Assembly (NCBI GenBank): GCA_002633005.1
Contig: NMRA01000351.1
Span: 1-64,000 of the forward strand
From: Phoronis australis
Lineage: Eukaryota; Animalia; Phoronida
Reading direction: 5' to 3'
DNA: 64,000 nucleotides
Numbering within the stretch: position 1 is the first letter of the stretch; each line of letters opens with the position of its first letter. The notes under the pieces were generated by a model. The model was not told the origin of the DNA. It did not search any database and saw only the letters and a list, made by a program, of their open reading frames with translations. A program made the position numbers and the translations under genes. This document shows, piece after piece, positions 10,908 through 24,148 of this stretch.

Positions 10908-13900
10908 TTATTTAGTGAAATAAATTTCGCCAAGTATGTTGCTCTGACACTAAGTTTGTTTTTTGTTTGTTCGCACGATACAGGTCGCAATTTTCATCCG
11001 ATCATCACGAAATTTACACACAACATGTACTTCCGGAAGTACTGGAAGCCTATTGTTTTTCGTCAAAATCGGATCCAAGATGGCGGCTGTGGCGGCCATT
11101 TTGTTTCCATTTAAAGGTTCAAATGCTTCTGGAGGCTACAACTTTTTACGTAACCGGCTAAGAATCGGCACAGTAAATGGACCGGAAGTTTGCTACAACC
11201 ATGCCGGAAATTGTTTACTTCCGGTTAAAGATGGCGGAAATATCGGCGATCGCGCATGCGCACCTCGATTTTGGCCTAAAAACATTTTCTCCTGTAGAGG
11301 GCGCATTATAAGACCAATTCCTTCGAATTTTTACAGGTATTAGTTTCTTATGACATGCTATTATACAAAACCAAAAAACCGGAAGTTGCTTTCAAGATGG
11401 CGGATCTGGCGCATGTTGACCCATTTTCAGTCGTGCTGGAGGGAGATTTTAAACGGGAAGAGAAAAAGACGTGATTTTTTGCATGTGGATTCTTTGAAGN
11501 NNNNNNNNNNNNNNNNNNNNNNNNNNNNNNNNNNNNNNNNNNNNNNNNNNNNNNNNNNNNNNNNNNNNNNNNNNNNNNNNNNNNNNNNNNNNNNNNNNNN
11601 NNNNNNNNNNNNNNNNNNNNNNNNNNNNNNNNNNNNNNNNNNNNNNNNNNNNNNNNNNNNNNNNNNNNNNNNNNNNNNNNNNNNNNNNNNNNNNNNNNNN
11701 NNNNNNNNNNNNNNNNNNNNNNNNNNNNNNNNNNNNNNNNNNNNNNNNNNNNNNNNNNNNNNNNNNNNNNNNNNNNNNNNNNNNNNNNNNNNNNNNNCTT
11801 GCTGCATTCAGGTTGGTTTAGCTTCTATTGAACTAGACTGCAGCCTATTTCTTAATGATTTATGAGATCTAAATTCGTCATATGAATGTTATGATGTTCT
11901 TCATCATGGCCACCACCATCATCATATTCGTCATCTTCGTCATCATCTCCGACGTCTTTTCTTCAGTTAATTTCGCCAAGTGTCGCTCAAGACTGTAGCC
12001 TATTTCTTAGTGATTTCTGACCTCTACGTTCGTTATATGAACGATATCATAACTAGGGTTATCCATTATCGCCACCATTGTCGTCATAGCTGTCATCTTC
12101 GTCATCATCTCGTTCGTCATCTTTTCTCGTCCTCTGGAACGTGTTTTCTCCTCTAGAGGGCGTATTATAAGACCAATTCCTTCGAATTTTTACAGGTATT
12201 TGTTTCTTGTAACATGCTGTTATATAAAGCCGAAAAACCGGAAGTTGTGTTCAAGATAGCGGATATGGCGTATGTTGACCCATTTTCAGTCGTCTGGAGT
12301 GCGATTTTAAACGGGAAGAGAAAAAGACGTGATTTTTTGCATGTCGATTCTTTGCAGTATAATCTTTCAAATGGCCTGTAACAATTTTTTTCTCAGACTT
12401 ACCGTTTTCGAATTATTTGACTTTGAATTTCTTAAAAATAATGCAAAATTTCATTTTTTTTGAAAAATTTACGGAATTAGGTGATACCATCAGTTTAGAT
12501 AGAATTTTGAACGGGCTTTCAGAAGATGGTTTCCATTTTTTGCTAGGACGTCTACTTTTCGAGTTATTTGTTGAGCGCTCTTGCTGCATTGATTTTGGTT
12601 TATCTTCTATTGAACTAGACTGTAGCCTATTTCTTATTGATTTATGACATCTAAGTTCGTCAAATGAATGTTGTGATGTTGTTCATCATCGCCACCACCG
12701 TCATCATATTCGTCATCATCGTCATCATCTTCGTAATCATCTCCGTCGTTATGTCTTTTCCGTTAATTTCGCCAAGTGTCGCTCAAAACTGTGTTACAAA
12801 ATAGCCTTTTTCTTACTGATTTCGGACTTCAACATTCGTCATGTGTATGTTGTTATTACTTCTTTTGTTCAACCTCGCCACTATCGTCGTCATATTTGTC
12901 ATCTTCGTCATCATCTTTATCGTCATCTTTTTGGTTAATTTCGCCAAGATTCGCTCCTCGAAGCTCTTTCATTTTGTTTGTTCGCACGATAAAGGTCGCA
13001 ATTTTCGTCCGATCATCACGAAATTTACACATAACACGTACTTCCGGAAGTACTGGAAGCCTATAGTTTTTCGTCAAAATCGGATCCAAGATTGCGGCTG
13101 TGGCGGCCATTTTGTTTTCATTTAAAGGTTCAAATGCTTCTGGAGGCTACAGTTTTTTACGTAAAAGGCTAAGAATCGGCACAGTAAATGGACCGGAAGT
13201 TTTCTACAAGTATACCGGAAATTGTTTACTTCCGGTTAAAGATGGTGGAAATATCGGCGATCACGCATGCACACCTCGATTTTGGCCTAAAACGTTTTCT
13301 CCTGTAGAGGGCGCATTATAAGACCAATTCCTTCAAATTTGTACAGGTATTAGTTTCTTATGACATGCTATTATAGAAAGCCAAAAAAACGGAAGTTGCT
13401 TTCAAGATGGCGGATCTGGCGCATGTTGACCCATTTTCAGTCGTGCTGGAGTGCGATTTTAAACGGGAAGAGAAAAAGACGTGATTTTTTGCATGTGGAT
13501 TCTTTAAAGTATATTCTTTCAAATGGCCTGTAACAATTTTTTTTCTCAGGCTTACCGTTTTCGAGTTATTTGACTTTGGATTTCTTAAAAAAAATCGCAA
13601 AATTTCATTTTTTCGAAAAATTTACGGAATTGGGCGTTACCATCAGTTTAGATAGAATTTTGAACGGGCTTTCAGAAGATGTTTTCCATTTTTCGCTAGG
13701 ACGTCTACTTTTCGAGTTATTTGTTGAGCGCTCTTGCTGCATTGATTTTGGTTTATCTTCTATTGAACTAGACTGTAGCCTATTTCTTATTGATTTATGA
13801 CGTCTAAGTTCGTCATATGAATGTTGAGATGTTGTTCATCATCGCCACCACCATCATCATATTCGTCATCATCGTCATCATCTTCGTCATCATCTCCGTC

Positions 13901-15297
13901 GTTGTCTTTTCCGTTAATTTCGCCAAGTGTCGCTCAAGACTAGCCTTTTTCTTACTGATTTCGGACTTCTACGTTCGTGATGTGTATGTTATTATTACTT
14001 CTTTTGTTCATCCTCGCCACCATCGTCGCTATATTCGTCATCTTCGTCATCATCTTTATCGTCATCTTTTTAGTTAATTTCGCCAAGTTTCGCTCCTCAG
14101 AGCGCTTTCATTTTTTTGTTTGTTCGCACGATACAGGTCGCAATTTTCGTCCGATCGTCACGAAATTTACACATAACACGGAGTTCTGGAAGTACTGGAA
14201 GCCTTTTGTTTTTTGTCATAATCGGATCCAAGATGGCGGCTGTGGCGGCCATTTTGTTTTCATTTTAAAATTCAAAGGCTTGTGGAGACTACAATTTTTT
14301 GCGTACAAGGCTGAAGCTCAGCACAATTGATGAATTGGATGTGCACTACATGTGTACCGGAAATTGTTTTTTTCCTGTTAAAGATGGCGGAAATATAGGC
14401 ATTCGCGCATGCGCACCTCGATTTCGGGAAAAAACGTTTTCTTCTGTAGAGGGCGCAATAGAGGGCCAATTCCTTTGAATTTTTGCAGTTATTTTTTTGA
14501 TTTGCTATTACACAAAGCCAAAAAAACGGAAGTTGGTTTCAAGATGGCTGTTCTGGCACATGTTGACCTATTTTCAGTCGTGCTGAAGTGCCACTTAAAC
14601 GGGAGGAGAACATGACGTGAATTTTTGCATATGGATTCTTTAAAGTATACTCTTTCAAATGAACTGTCACAATTTTTTTCTCAGACTTACCGTTTTCGAT
14701 ATATTTGACTTTAAAATTCTTAAAAAATGCAAAATTTCATTTTTTTCGAAGAAATCTATGGAATTGTGTGATACTATCAATTTAGATAGAGTTTTGAACG
14801 GGCTTTCAGAAGATGTTTTCCATTTTTTGCTACGACGTCTACTTTTTGAGTTATTTGAGATTTTCTGATAACGCAGTTCTTTTGTTGAGCGCTGCTGCTG
14901 TATTGATGTTGGTTGAGCTTCTATCGAACTAGACTGTAGCCTATTTCTTATTGATTTATGACATCTAAGTTCATCATATGAATGTACGATGTTGTTCATC
15001 ATCTCCACCACCATCATCATATTTGTCATCTTCGTCATCATCTCCGACGTTGTCTTTTCTTCAGTTAATTTCGCTAAGTGTTGCTGAAGACTGTAGCCTA
15101 TCTGTTAGTGATTTCTGACATCTACGTTCCTCATATGAATGATATCATAACTTGCATTGTCCATCATCGCCACCATCGTCGTCATAGCTGTCATCTTCGT
15201 CATCATCTCTGTCGTCGTCTTTTCTGGTCATCTCTAACGTGTTTTTTTTGGTTAATTTCGCCAAGTGTCGCTCCTCGGAGCGCTTTCAGTTTTTTTG
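10908..15297 (+). mobile_element. Helentron/HINE-like 'family B' head-to-tail array (~4 units, ~1.14 kb period), containing the N gap 11500-11797
   Basis: Unit starts ttcgcacgat(a)caggtcgc at ~10970, 12981 and 14123. Each unit ends in (CAT/CGT)-rich repeats. Subterminal ttcgccaagt plus hairpin cgctcc..ggagcg precede a T run at 15255-15297. No TSD. Confidence 0.8.
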
Positions 15298-16774
15298 TTA
15301 TCTCTGTATGTTAATAATTGTCTGAGGGATTTTCATGAAGACAATAGCCTCTTTCCACTTTCTGACATCTTTGTCGATTCTGCCCCCAGTGGCAACTTTT
15401 AAAATTTTGTTTCTTAGTGCATATTTCTCTCTGCCAAATTGCTTGAAAGGTCATTTTGAAATTTGGTGTTTCTGATGATGAGACTGCAGTTGATGTTGAC
15501 TATCGGACGTGTTCAACTGATCTGCTGCCCACCAGCGGAGATTTTGTTTCTTTGATTTTTCATTCTCAGCTGTAATGAAGGTGAAATTTTGCAAGCGTTA
15601 TGTTGTAAGTGTGACTAACTCCGGTTACCTACGACTTTAGGATGGTTCTGGCAACCTCTGTACCTCTGTTGCAATTTCAGTTTTTACATTTGCCTTTGTG
15701 GCACACTATTTATTGAAATTTAGTAAACAAGTTTGTTATGATGGTGGTAGCATCTACCCATTTTGAGATAGATTTGACATATTCTGCGCCACCTAATAAC
15801 ATTAGTGTTGCAATAGTGGGCATATTTCAAAGCTCTGCATGAATGTCATTTGACCATTGTTGTTTTGTTCACAGTGCTTTCCTTAGCATGTGTGCATATT
15901 GTTAAAATATAGTTTTTGGATCAGAAAAAATTGTCATCTTATTATCTTTTACATTTACTTATTATATTACAATTATGGAGAGATTTGTAATTGTTATTAC
16001 CAACAGTTAAAACGACCCGTGCAAAAAATCGAGTGAATGTTATCAGTTGCTTTGTAATGTCAAAAACACATCACAAGTTTTGTTGCAAAAATTATCAGGT
16101 TAATAGTGGTACGATATAAGACCTGTGTTGTTCATATTAATTTTGTTTAACCTTCAATGTATGCATAAATTCAAAGCAGACAAGACGTGAAACTGAAGCT
16201 GTGCTTTATTTCAAAAATGTAAACTTAATCATACTAGCTGAATGCCGTGTAAAATGACAACCTTTAGAAAATTTCATCACACACGACCGTTTTACTTTCA
16301 AAGCCCGAATGCAATACAGTATTTCAATAGATGCATGTGCATTAATAAACACTAATGCTTGCTGCCAACTATTACGTTATTTTACATCAATGTTCAGCTC
16401 TACTTCAACCAAGCTTTACTGTACTGTGTGACCCTACCCTCATATGCAGTTAACGTGCATAGTAAATAAGAGTTGCGAAATGCTGAGCATTGATTGTTTT
16501 TAGTCGGCTGAAATCTGAGTAATGCAGTAAAATGCACTTCAAAGGTAATTGTGATTCTGATTTAAATTGACTTTCCTTCTTCCTGTTTTCTACCTGTCAT
16601 AAAAATAATAGCTTGGGCAAAATTGATATATCAAACTGGTCACAAAACTTTCTTTGACACAGAAGCAGTGGGTTTTTACCATCGAATGCAACTTGAGAGA
16701 TCATGAACGAAATGAATGCTTTGTACGGTTGGAAATAGCCTGTCACCTTTAGCACTGATAGTCCTGATATTAAA

Positions 16775-18084
16775 GTCGCTAGCGTCGTTTCTCACCTTCC
16801 TCACAAGTTAACGCGACACCTCTTGACAAGGTAAGGTCGACCATATGCGAGGCGATGTGGATATAGACCGATTAAGACGGCAAAAAAGACCAATTAAATC
16901 GGGTGGCATTCTCCTTTAACGATCCACCTGCAAAGATGGGACTGATGAGCTCTAGTTCGTCCTAAGTTGGGATTGCAAGTTGCCATGTTCAGTTGGCGTT
17001 GATTACTGAGCGTTCTGTTTCAAAATGAATTATTCTCACCCCAACCAATACTTATATAAAACTGAAACAAAGTCTGTCTCATTAGATGCAATTTGTAATG
17101 CCTTTGGAGTGTTCGTGAGTGCAAATGATTTGAGAAGCCAGCAATGAATAAATCACTGCGTTACCGGCTTTATGTGCAATAAAACTATTTGATGGGACAC
17201 CGAGGCTAATGCTAATTTAGTGTTTGCTGGCAGAAACTCTTGTGAAACAACTCGATTTCTATACCACAGCCAGGTGTTAGGGGAATCTTTATTTACATTT
17301 ACATTACTCAAATAATGATTATCAATGTACAACTTCTGCCCTGAAGGTGCTGTGGCCAAAGCAGTACCTGAATTGACGGCCCCTGACGAGTAAGTAGATT
17401 TGCAGTTTCGTGGCTATTTCACCAACATAATCACGTGTACATTACATTGGCTCACTAGTATAGTATTTTCTTGACTGGAAGTTTAGTTTCCACTGAACTT
17501 TGGCTGGTTTATGTTCGTGATGTCTGATCAGTTTCCGAGCCACTGGCCGGGATAACGAGTCAATCCTGCCGGCCGCGACGCCGGGGCCTGATCGGGCTCC
17601 GAGCCACTGGCCAGGATATCAAGCGTTTTGTGTTTAGAACTCAAAAAATCACAAGTCTAAACAACACAGATCTAGGTTCTCCTGTCTGTATCTCACGGAA
17701 AATACTTCGAAATTATCTCCGAAAACACCCGAAACTCCTGCTACGGACCTTATTGGTCTGCCGAACTGTGTAGGCTACGGTGTGTCCAAATAGAAATAAA
17801 ACAACACGTTTTTATAAGAACTCTGTGTATTTTTAAGGGTTTTACATCGAAGTTTGATGATTTATTGGTGTTAAACGATGACTTCAAGCGATAAGCTGAC
17901 ACCAGTAACCCGTGTTATGAACTGCTGAACAGACTGTGTGTGAAACCGATGACGTCATTGGATAATTTCAACACCTCCGTCTGCCGTCAGGTGTCGGGTT
18001 ACGTAACCATACGTGTCGTTATGGAGTAGAACTATTCGATCTAAATTGATACAAATTAGGTTGTTTTTTAGGTGTCATGCTCCT
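16775..18084 (+). mobile_element. Rearranged Kolobok-type 'family C' copy: inverted left end (16775-16915) joined at TTAA to the right 1.17 kb
   Basis: 16775-16915 is the reverse complement of 31311-31450. 16920-18084 matches 31802-32975. Both segments end in ...ctcct+TTAA. Confidence 0.9.
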
Positions 18085-18088
18085 TTAA

Positions 18089-18845
18089 TAAGTGTGTTTA
18101 TATGATGTTGACAACGGACGACGATGATTTTCGGATGGATCTGACTACTGGTGTGCCCCCTGGTGGCAATTTTAGTTTTATGATAAACTCTGTGTCTTCA
18201 AAGGTCCTCAACGTATTTTCATAAAATTTTGAATACGGGCATCTATTAGTGAGATGCCGCTATCCTCCATTTTTCGGATGGAATTAAGGTATTTTGCACT
18301 ACCTAGTTGCCATTTTTGCTGTTTTCGAGTCTGTTTTTTGCGTCTACCTCGCTATCAACCAAATCATTCTAAGGATGGTTTTGAAAATTGGCGTATATGT
18401 TCTCAGTGTGAAGAGGACAGTTGACGATGGCAACTTTGACTACTGTGGTGTCTCCTAGTGGTAGTTTTGTTTTGTTTTGCCCCCATAGCTGTATCTCCTA
18501 AACCCACAGCAGGATTTGTATTAAATTTAATTAGTATGTGTATTTATATGAAGCTAATAACAGACAATGACAACCTTCAGGCAGATCCAGTGAACAGTCA
18601 CTGCCCTCTAGGGGCTATTTCATTTCAGTCTGTTTTCCTTCATTTCTCTGAAGTTCCGTGACAGATTTCTACGAAATTTGGTGTATGGCTTTCTATGAAT
18701 GAAGCAATGACACGTTTCCATTTTCGGATGGATTGTACCTTTTTGCGCCATCTAATGGCCAGTTTATGACAAATAAACAACCCTAAAAGCCCACAATTTG
18801 TCATGAATTCGTGGGCGTAATCAACGCTCCACATTGCTCTTGTTC
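18089..18845 (+). mobile_element. HINE-like 'family E', 3' portion
   Basis: Similar to 62155-62880 and ends gtgggcgtaatcaacgctccacattgctcttgtt (3' hairpin). More degenerate related units lie at ~15310-15860. Confidence 0.8.
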
Positions 18846-19039
18846 CAAACTGCATCCCCTAGGTAATGGAAAAGAACTCTGGTACAAATAGTTTCACACT
18901 GTAACATATTGGATATGGCATGATCAAGTGACGAGAAATTCATATTAGTGTAGGTTCGTGAGTCTTGCGGTGTATCAACAAAAATTATTAATACGACTAC
19001 TACTGCTTCAGCTTCTGCTGCTGTTGGTATTACTAAAAC

Positions 19040-19538
19040 CACAAGTAGGCAACTACCATAATTATAATAGGAATTCAAGCAGCCAAGTACCATAATTATA
19101 AGAACTCAAATAGCCAAGTACCTTAATTATAACAACACAAGTTACCAAGTACAATAATTATAAGAACTCCAGTAACCAAGTACCATAATTATAAGAACTC
19201 AAGCTACCAAGTACCATTATAATAATAAGAACTCAAGTAACCAAGTACCATAGTCATAAGAACTCAAGTAACCAAGTACCATAATTATAAGAACTCCAGT
19301 AACCAATTACCATAATTATAAGAACTCAAGCTACCAAGTACCATAATAATAAGAACTGAAGTAACCAAGTACCATAGTCATAAGAACTCAAGTAACCAAG
19401 TACTATAATTATAAGAACTCAAGTAGCCAAGTACCATAATTATAAGAACACAAGTAAGCAAGTACCATAATTATATGAACACAAGTAAGCAAGTACTATA
19501 ATTATAAGAACACAAGTAGGCAACTACCATAATTATAA
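19040..19538. repeat. ~31-bp minisatellite (CAAGTACCATAATTATAAGAACTCAAGTAAC), ~15 copies
   Basis: Read directly from the sequence. Confidence 0.95.
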
Positions 19539-20063
19539 AACGCTATCAATTTAGGTCTCAAAAACAGTCACCAAGGCTGTATTTTGGGGAATTGTGGACA
19601 TTCTATGGAGAAATGAAAAAAAGCAATTTGAGCATAATCTCTGTTGGAAACTTGTGAAGTTTTACCTTTATTTACTATTTGTGTAGATTATCATTAACCT
19701 GTGAAGCATTAAACTTACAAATTTTATGTGAAATATTCATATTGCACCCTAGTTACTATTTGTAATTCATTTGGTCACAGTTGCTCTTAAAGGCATATCG
19801 TGCAAATTTACAAAATTAATGCACACATTTATTTCCCATTAAATTCTTAGCAATGAATTGCAACATATACTTGCTCAAACTTAATGAATATTTTGAGATA
19901 AGTCGTAACGTGCGGCCTTCTTGGTAGTGCAAGTAGTTAATAGTCGAACAAATAGGTCCCCTATTCAAATCTGATTTTAGAACTAGTTACAACCTCTGAA
20001 AGCAGGTGTTATTCAGTTGGAGTAATGTGGTTTTCAAATCAGGAACCCACGTATCTGACTATA

Positions 20064-20571
20064 GGCCCTTTCATATTGACTTGACTCTGGTCTGAGCGGA
20101 GCGTCGACGTAAACAGCGCAGTTAACTGGACCGTTCGTACTGGCTTCGGTAGTTAATGAACATCAAAGTTAAAGCGGTTGGTGCCGCTGTTGTCATCGAA
20201 GTTATCGCAAGGTAGCGTTGCACGCTAAGATTTTTTTCTATGTTTCAATTTGGAAACATTTACATGTGCTAAGTGACAATAAACTTATTTTTAAATCGAT
20301 TGGTTATTATTAGAGCAAAATATAAGCAGCTATTAGTGACAGCTCTACCTTGTAACTGTTGACGATAACAGTGGCACCTGGCGATAACTTCGATTGGACC
20401 GAAGTTAAGCGTTCATACTGCACCGCACCGTCGAGGCTGCGCTATTAAATCCACCTGTTATCTGCGATGTTAACTGGAGCTGTTAACTGCGATCCAGGAC
20501 CGGAGTTAAGCGCTCATACTGACCGCAACTCCCCAAACCATAGACGCATGGACATTAAGTATGAAAGGCCC
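20064..20571. mobile_element. MITE with GG(C/G)CCTTTCATA TIRs, PIF/Harbinger-like
   Basis: Left ggccctttcatatt, right aagtatgaaaggccc. Flanks ATA/GTA (imperfect 3-bp TSD). The interior is partly palindromic. Confidence 0.55.
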
Positions 20572-21004
20572 GTATTATGCTGTACAATGTGTATTTGGAA
20601 CTGACCTAGCTGACCAAAGTTATGAAACTTGCAACGCCTGGTCAGTCCTTGAGATGGTTGTAATACCCCGAGTGTCCCTGAATTACCTTGAGTGTCTCTC
20701 AGCAGTGCCACAGAAAAATAATGATTATTTAAGGTGCGCCCTGTGATATTGCCTCTGAAGTGGTTAGGGAAGGAGGTGCCATTTCAAACAATCTGTAATC
20801 CCCTATGCTGCTGTTAGACACAGTTATTACTGAAGATTATGGAGTCCAGCATGTGTATATGGATGGTATGCAGTTCTGAAGAGTTCTTTGATGCTTCTTA
20901 ATGTAGCAGAGTTGCCACCATGACCCTGTGTCTCAAAAGAATTTTATTAACACATCTTTAGACTTTAATTACTATACTTCTTGCCTAAAACCAAGCCAAA
21001 AATT

Positions 21005-23806
21005 TAAACGAGAGCGCTCGGAGGAGCGACACTTAGCGAAATTACGCAAAAACAGGACGATGGGGAGGAGGAGGACGACGACAATCGTGACGATGAAGGT
21101 GGAGATTATGAACAACACGATAACATTCATGTGACTAGCGAACAAATCTGTAAGAAATAGCCTGCAGTCTTGTTCACGCGCCCGGTAAACTGGCAACAGT
21201 GCGAGAGTGCTCGGAGGAGATACACTTGGCAAAATTACGCGAAAACAGGACGATGGGGAGGAGGACGACGACGGTCATGATGATGAAGGCGGAGATTATG
21301 AACAACACGATAACATTCATGTGACTAGCGAACAAATCAGTGAGAAATACCCTGCAGTCTTGTTCACGCACCCAGTAAACTGGCAACAGTGCGAGAGCGC
21401 TCGGAGGGACGACACTTGGCGAAATTACGCGAAAACAGGACGATGGGGTGGACGACGACGATCATGACGACTAGCGAGAAATGAAAAATATCTTGTGAAA
21501 GCCCGTTTAAAACTCTATCGAACTGTACAGATTTCTGATCAGTTAATATACATGGCAAGAAAAGAGAGCATTTAATCAAAATAAAAGAACAGTAGATGGC
21601 GCAACATAACGAACACAGCTCAACAAAGCTAAACCTACATCAGAGCAGCAAGAACGATCCAAGGAACAGTGCTAGGTGGGTCATTCGGGGTCAACAAACC
21701 AGTGTACAGTCGGACGATGCTAGCTGGGTCATTCGGGGTCAACTTGTACAGGCATAACCAAAAGAGAGCCAGCCAGGTGCGTGTGCTTGCATTGGCAATG
21801 CAACGGAGACCAAACAAACAGAAAATCTCGAATAATTCAAAAAGTAGACGTTGTAGCGAAAAATGGAAAATATCTTCTGAAAACCCTTTCACAACTCTAT
21901 CTTACTTGAACGTTTCGCAACATTCCATAACTTTTTGGAAAAAATTGAAATTTTGCCTTTTTTTTGAAATTCAAAGTCAAATAACTCGAAAACGGTAAGC
22001 CTGAGAAATACGCTCTCGTAGCCTTTTTGAAAGAGCATACTTCAAGGAATCCACATGCAAAAATTCATGTCATTTGCTCTTCCCATTAAAAACGCGACCG
22101 CAGAATGATTGAAAACGTGTGAACATGCGCCACAGCCGCCATGTTGAAAGTGACTTCCGGTTAAACAAAATTTTTATAAAAGCTTATTAATAGCAACAAA
22201 CACGTGACCAGTTTGAAACTCATTGGTTCGCAAATGCGCCCTCTAGAGGAGAAAATGTTTTTGGCCAGATATCGTGGTGTGCATGCGCCACTTCCAATAT
22301 TTCCGCCATCTTTGACCGGAAGTCAACGATTTTCGGCACAGTTGTAGCACATGTGTTCTATAATAATCCTCCACGTTTCAGCCCTATACGTCGAAAAATG
22401 CGGCCTCTACGAGCATTTGACTGTGAAATCGGATAAAAAATGGCCGCCATGTCCGCCATTTTGAATCCAATCATGACCAAAAACAATAGGCTTCCAGAAC
22501 TTTCCTTTCTGCAGGTTGTGTGCAAATTTCGTGAGAATCAGACGAAAATTGCGACCTGTAGAGTGCGAACAAAAAAACGAGGAGCGACACTTGGCGAAAT
22601 TAACCAAAAAGATGACGATAAAGATGATGGCGAAGATGACGAATATGACAACGATGGTGGCGAGGATGAGCAATAGAAGTAACAATAACATACACATGAC
22701 GAACGTAGAAGTCCGAAATCAGTAAGAAATAGGCTACAGTCTTGAGCGTCACTTGGCGAAATTAACTGAAAAGACAACGTTGGAGATGATGATGAAGATG
22801 ACGAATATGATGATGGTTGGGGCGATGATGAACAAACATCATGACGTTCATATGACGAACTTAGATGTCATAAATCAGTAAGAAATAGGCTACAGTCTTG
22901 TTCAATTGAAGCTTAACCAACATCAATGCAGTAAGAGTGCTCAACAAAGGAACAGCGCTATCAGAAAATGCAACGGAGACCAAACGAACAGAAAATCTCG
23001 AATAATTCAAAAAGTAGACATTGTAGCGGAAAATGGAAAATATCTTCTGAAAGCTCGTTCAAAACTCTATCAAAATTGATAGTATCTCACAATTCCGTAA
23101 ATTTTTCGAAAAAAATGAAATTTTGCATTTTTTTTAAGAAATTCAAAGTCAAATAACTTGAAAACGGTAAGTCTGAGAAAAAAATTGTTATGGGTCGTTT
23201 GAAAGACTGTACTTCAAAGAATCCACATGCAAAAATTCACGTCATTCTCTCTTCCTGTTTAAAATGGCACTCCAGCACGACTGAAAATAGGTCAACACGG
23301 GCCAAATTCGCCATCTTGGAAGCAACTTCTGGTTTTTTAGATCTGAATAATAGAATGTCATGAGAAACTAACACCTGCAAAAATTTGGAGGAATTGCCCC
23401 TATAATGCTCTCTCTACAGTTGAAAACATTTTTTCCCAAAATCGAGGTGCGCATGTGCAATTGGTGATATTTCCACCATCTTAAACCAGAAGTTAACAAT
23501 TTCCGGAACATTTGTAGCACGCGCCCTCTTGAATAATTGTACCGATTCTCAGCCCCGTACGTACAAAATTATAGCCTCCAGGAGCATTTGAATCTTAAAA
23601 TGGAATCAAAATGGCCGCCTTATCCGACATCTTGGATCCGATAATGACGAAAAACTATAGGCTTCCAGGACTTCCGAAGCTACGTGTTATGTGTAAATTT
23701 CGTGATGATCGGACGAAAATTATGACCTGTATCGTGCGAACCAACAAAAAAAACTTGACGACAGAGCAACATACTTGTCGGAATTCGAAGAATTCCGCCA
23801 AGTAAA
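21005..23806 (-). mobile_element. Helentron/HINE-like 'family B' multi-unit copy inserted into an A/T run of Kolobok family D
   Basis: 5' palindrome acttgtcggaattcgaagaattccgccaagt at 23773-23803 and 3' hairpin gcgctcggaggagcg at ~21014. The flanks rejoin to match the empty site at 59920-59945. Confidence 0.85.
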
Positions 23807-23889
23807 AACATTTTTCTGTTATCGGGGTTGTATGTAATGGGTGGAAGACTGTCCTGTCTCCACCATTGTTGTTTTTACCAGTGCGATAC

Positions 23890-24121
23890 ATGAAAAGGTG
23901 CGTTTGTGGAGGCTGTAGTAACAGCAACTTGACTGAGAACACCTCTGTGTTCAAATTTTCTAAATATGTTAAAGTTTCACTGAAATGGCATCGGTTTGTG
24001 CGCCGCACAGAGTGCGGAATGTAACAAGTAATTCAGTTGGGAGCCGTCACTTTGATCGGCACATTTCAAGGAATCATGTTTCGACCACAAAGGGGCGTTA
24101 TGATGAAAGACTCGCCACCTT
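23890..24121 (+). pseudogene. THAP-domain remnant of Kolobok family D
   Basis: MKRCVCGGCSNSNLTENTSVFKFSKYVKVSLKWHRFVRRTE...GSRHF: CxxxxC, W and HF of the THAP signature. Followed by a gtaagt donor. Confidence 0.75.
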
Positions 24122-24148
24122 GTAAGTGTATTTGAAAATTTTATAAAT

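Noticed and set aside
11350-11865. ORFs spanning poly-X
   Set aside because: Artefacts of the 298-N gap.
12776-15314. ORFs rich in I/V/F (membrane-like) or D/H/R runs, also at 21-23 kb and 52 kb
   Set aside because: They are translations of the (CAT/CGT)n low-complexity part of family B repeats, and frames are not conserved between copies.
19787-20760. Possible further TTAA-type element (ttaaaggcatatc ... gatattgcctctgaa); also a lone TTAA-aggggtgtgacgg at ~29240
   Set aside because: The ends are too degenerate or unpaired to call.
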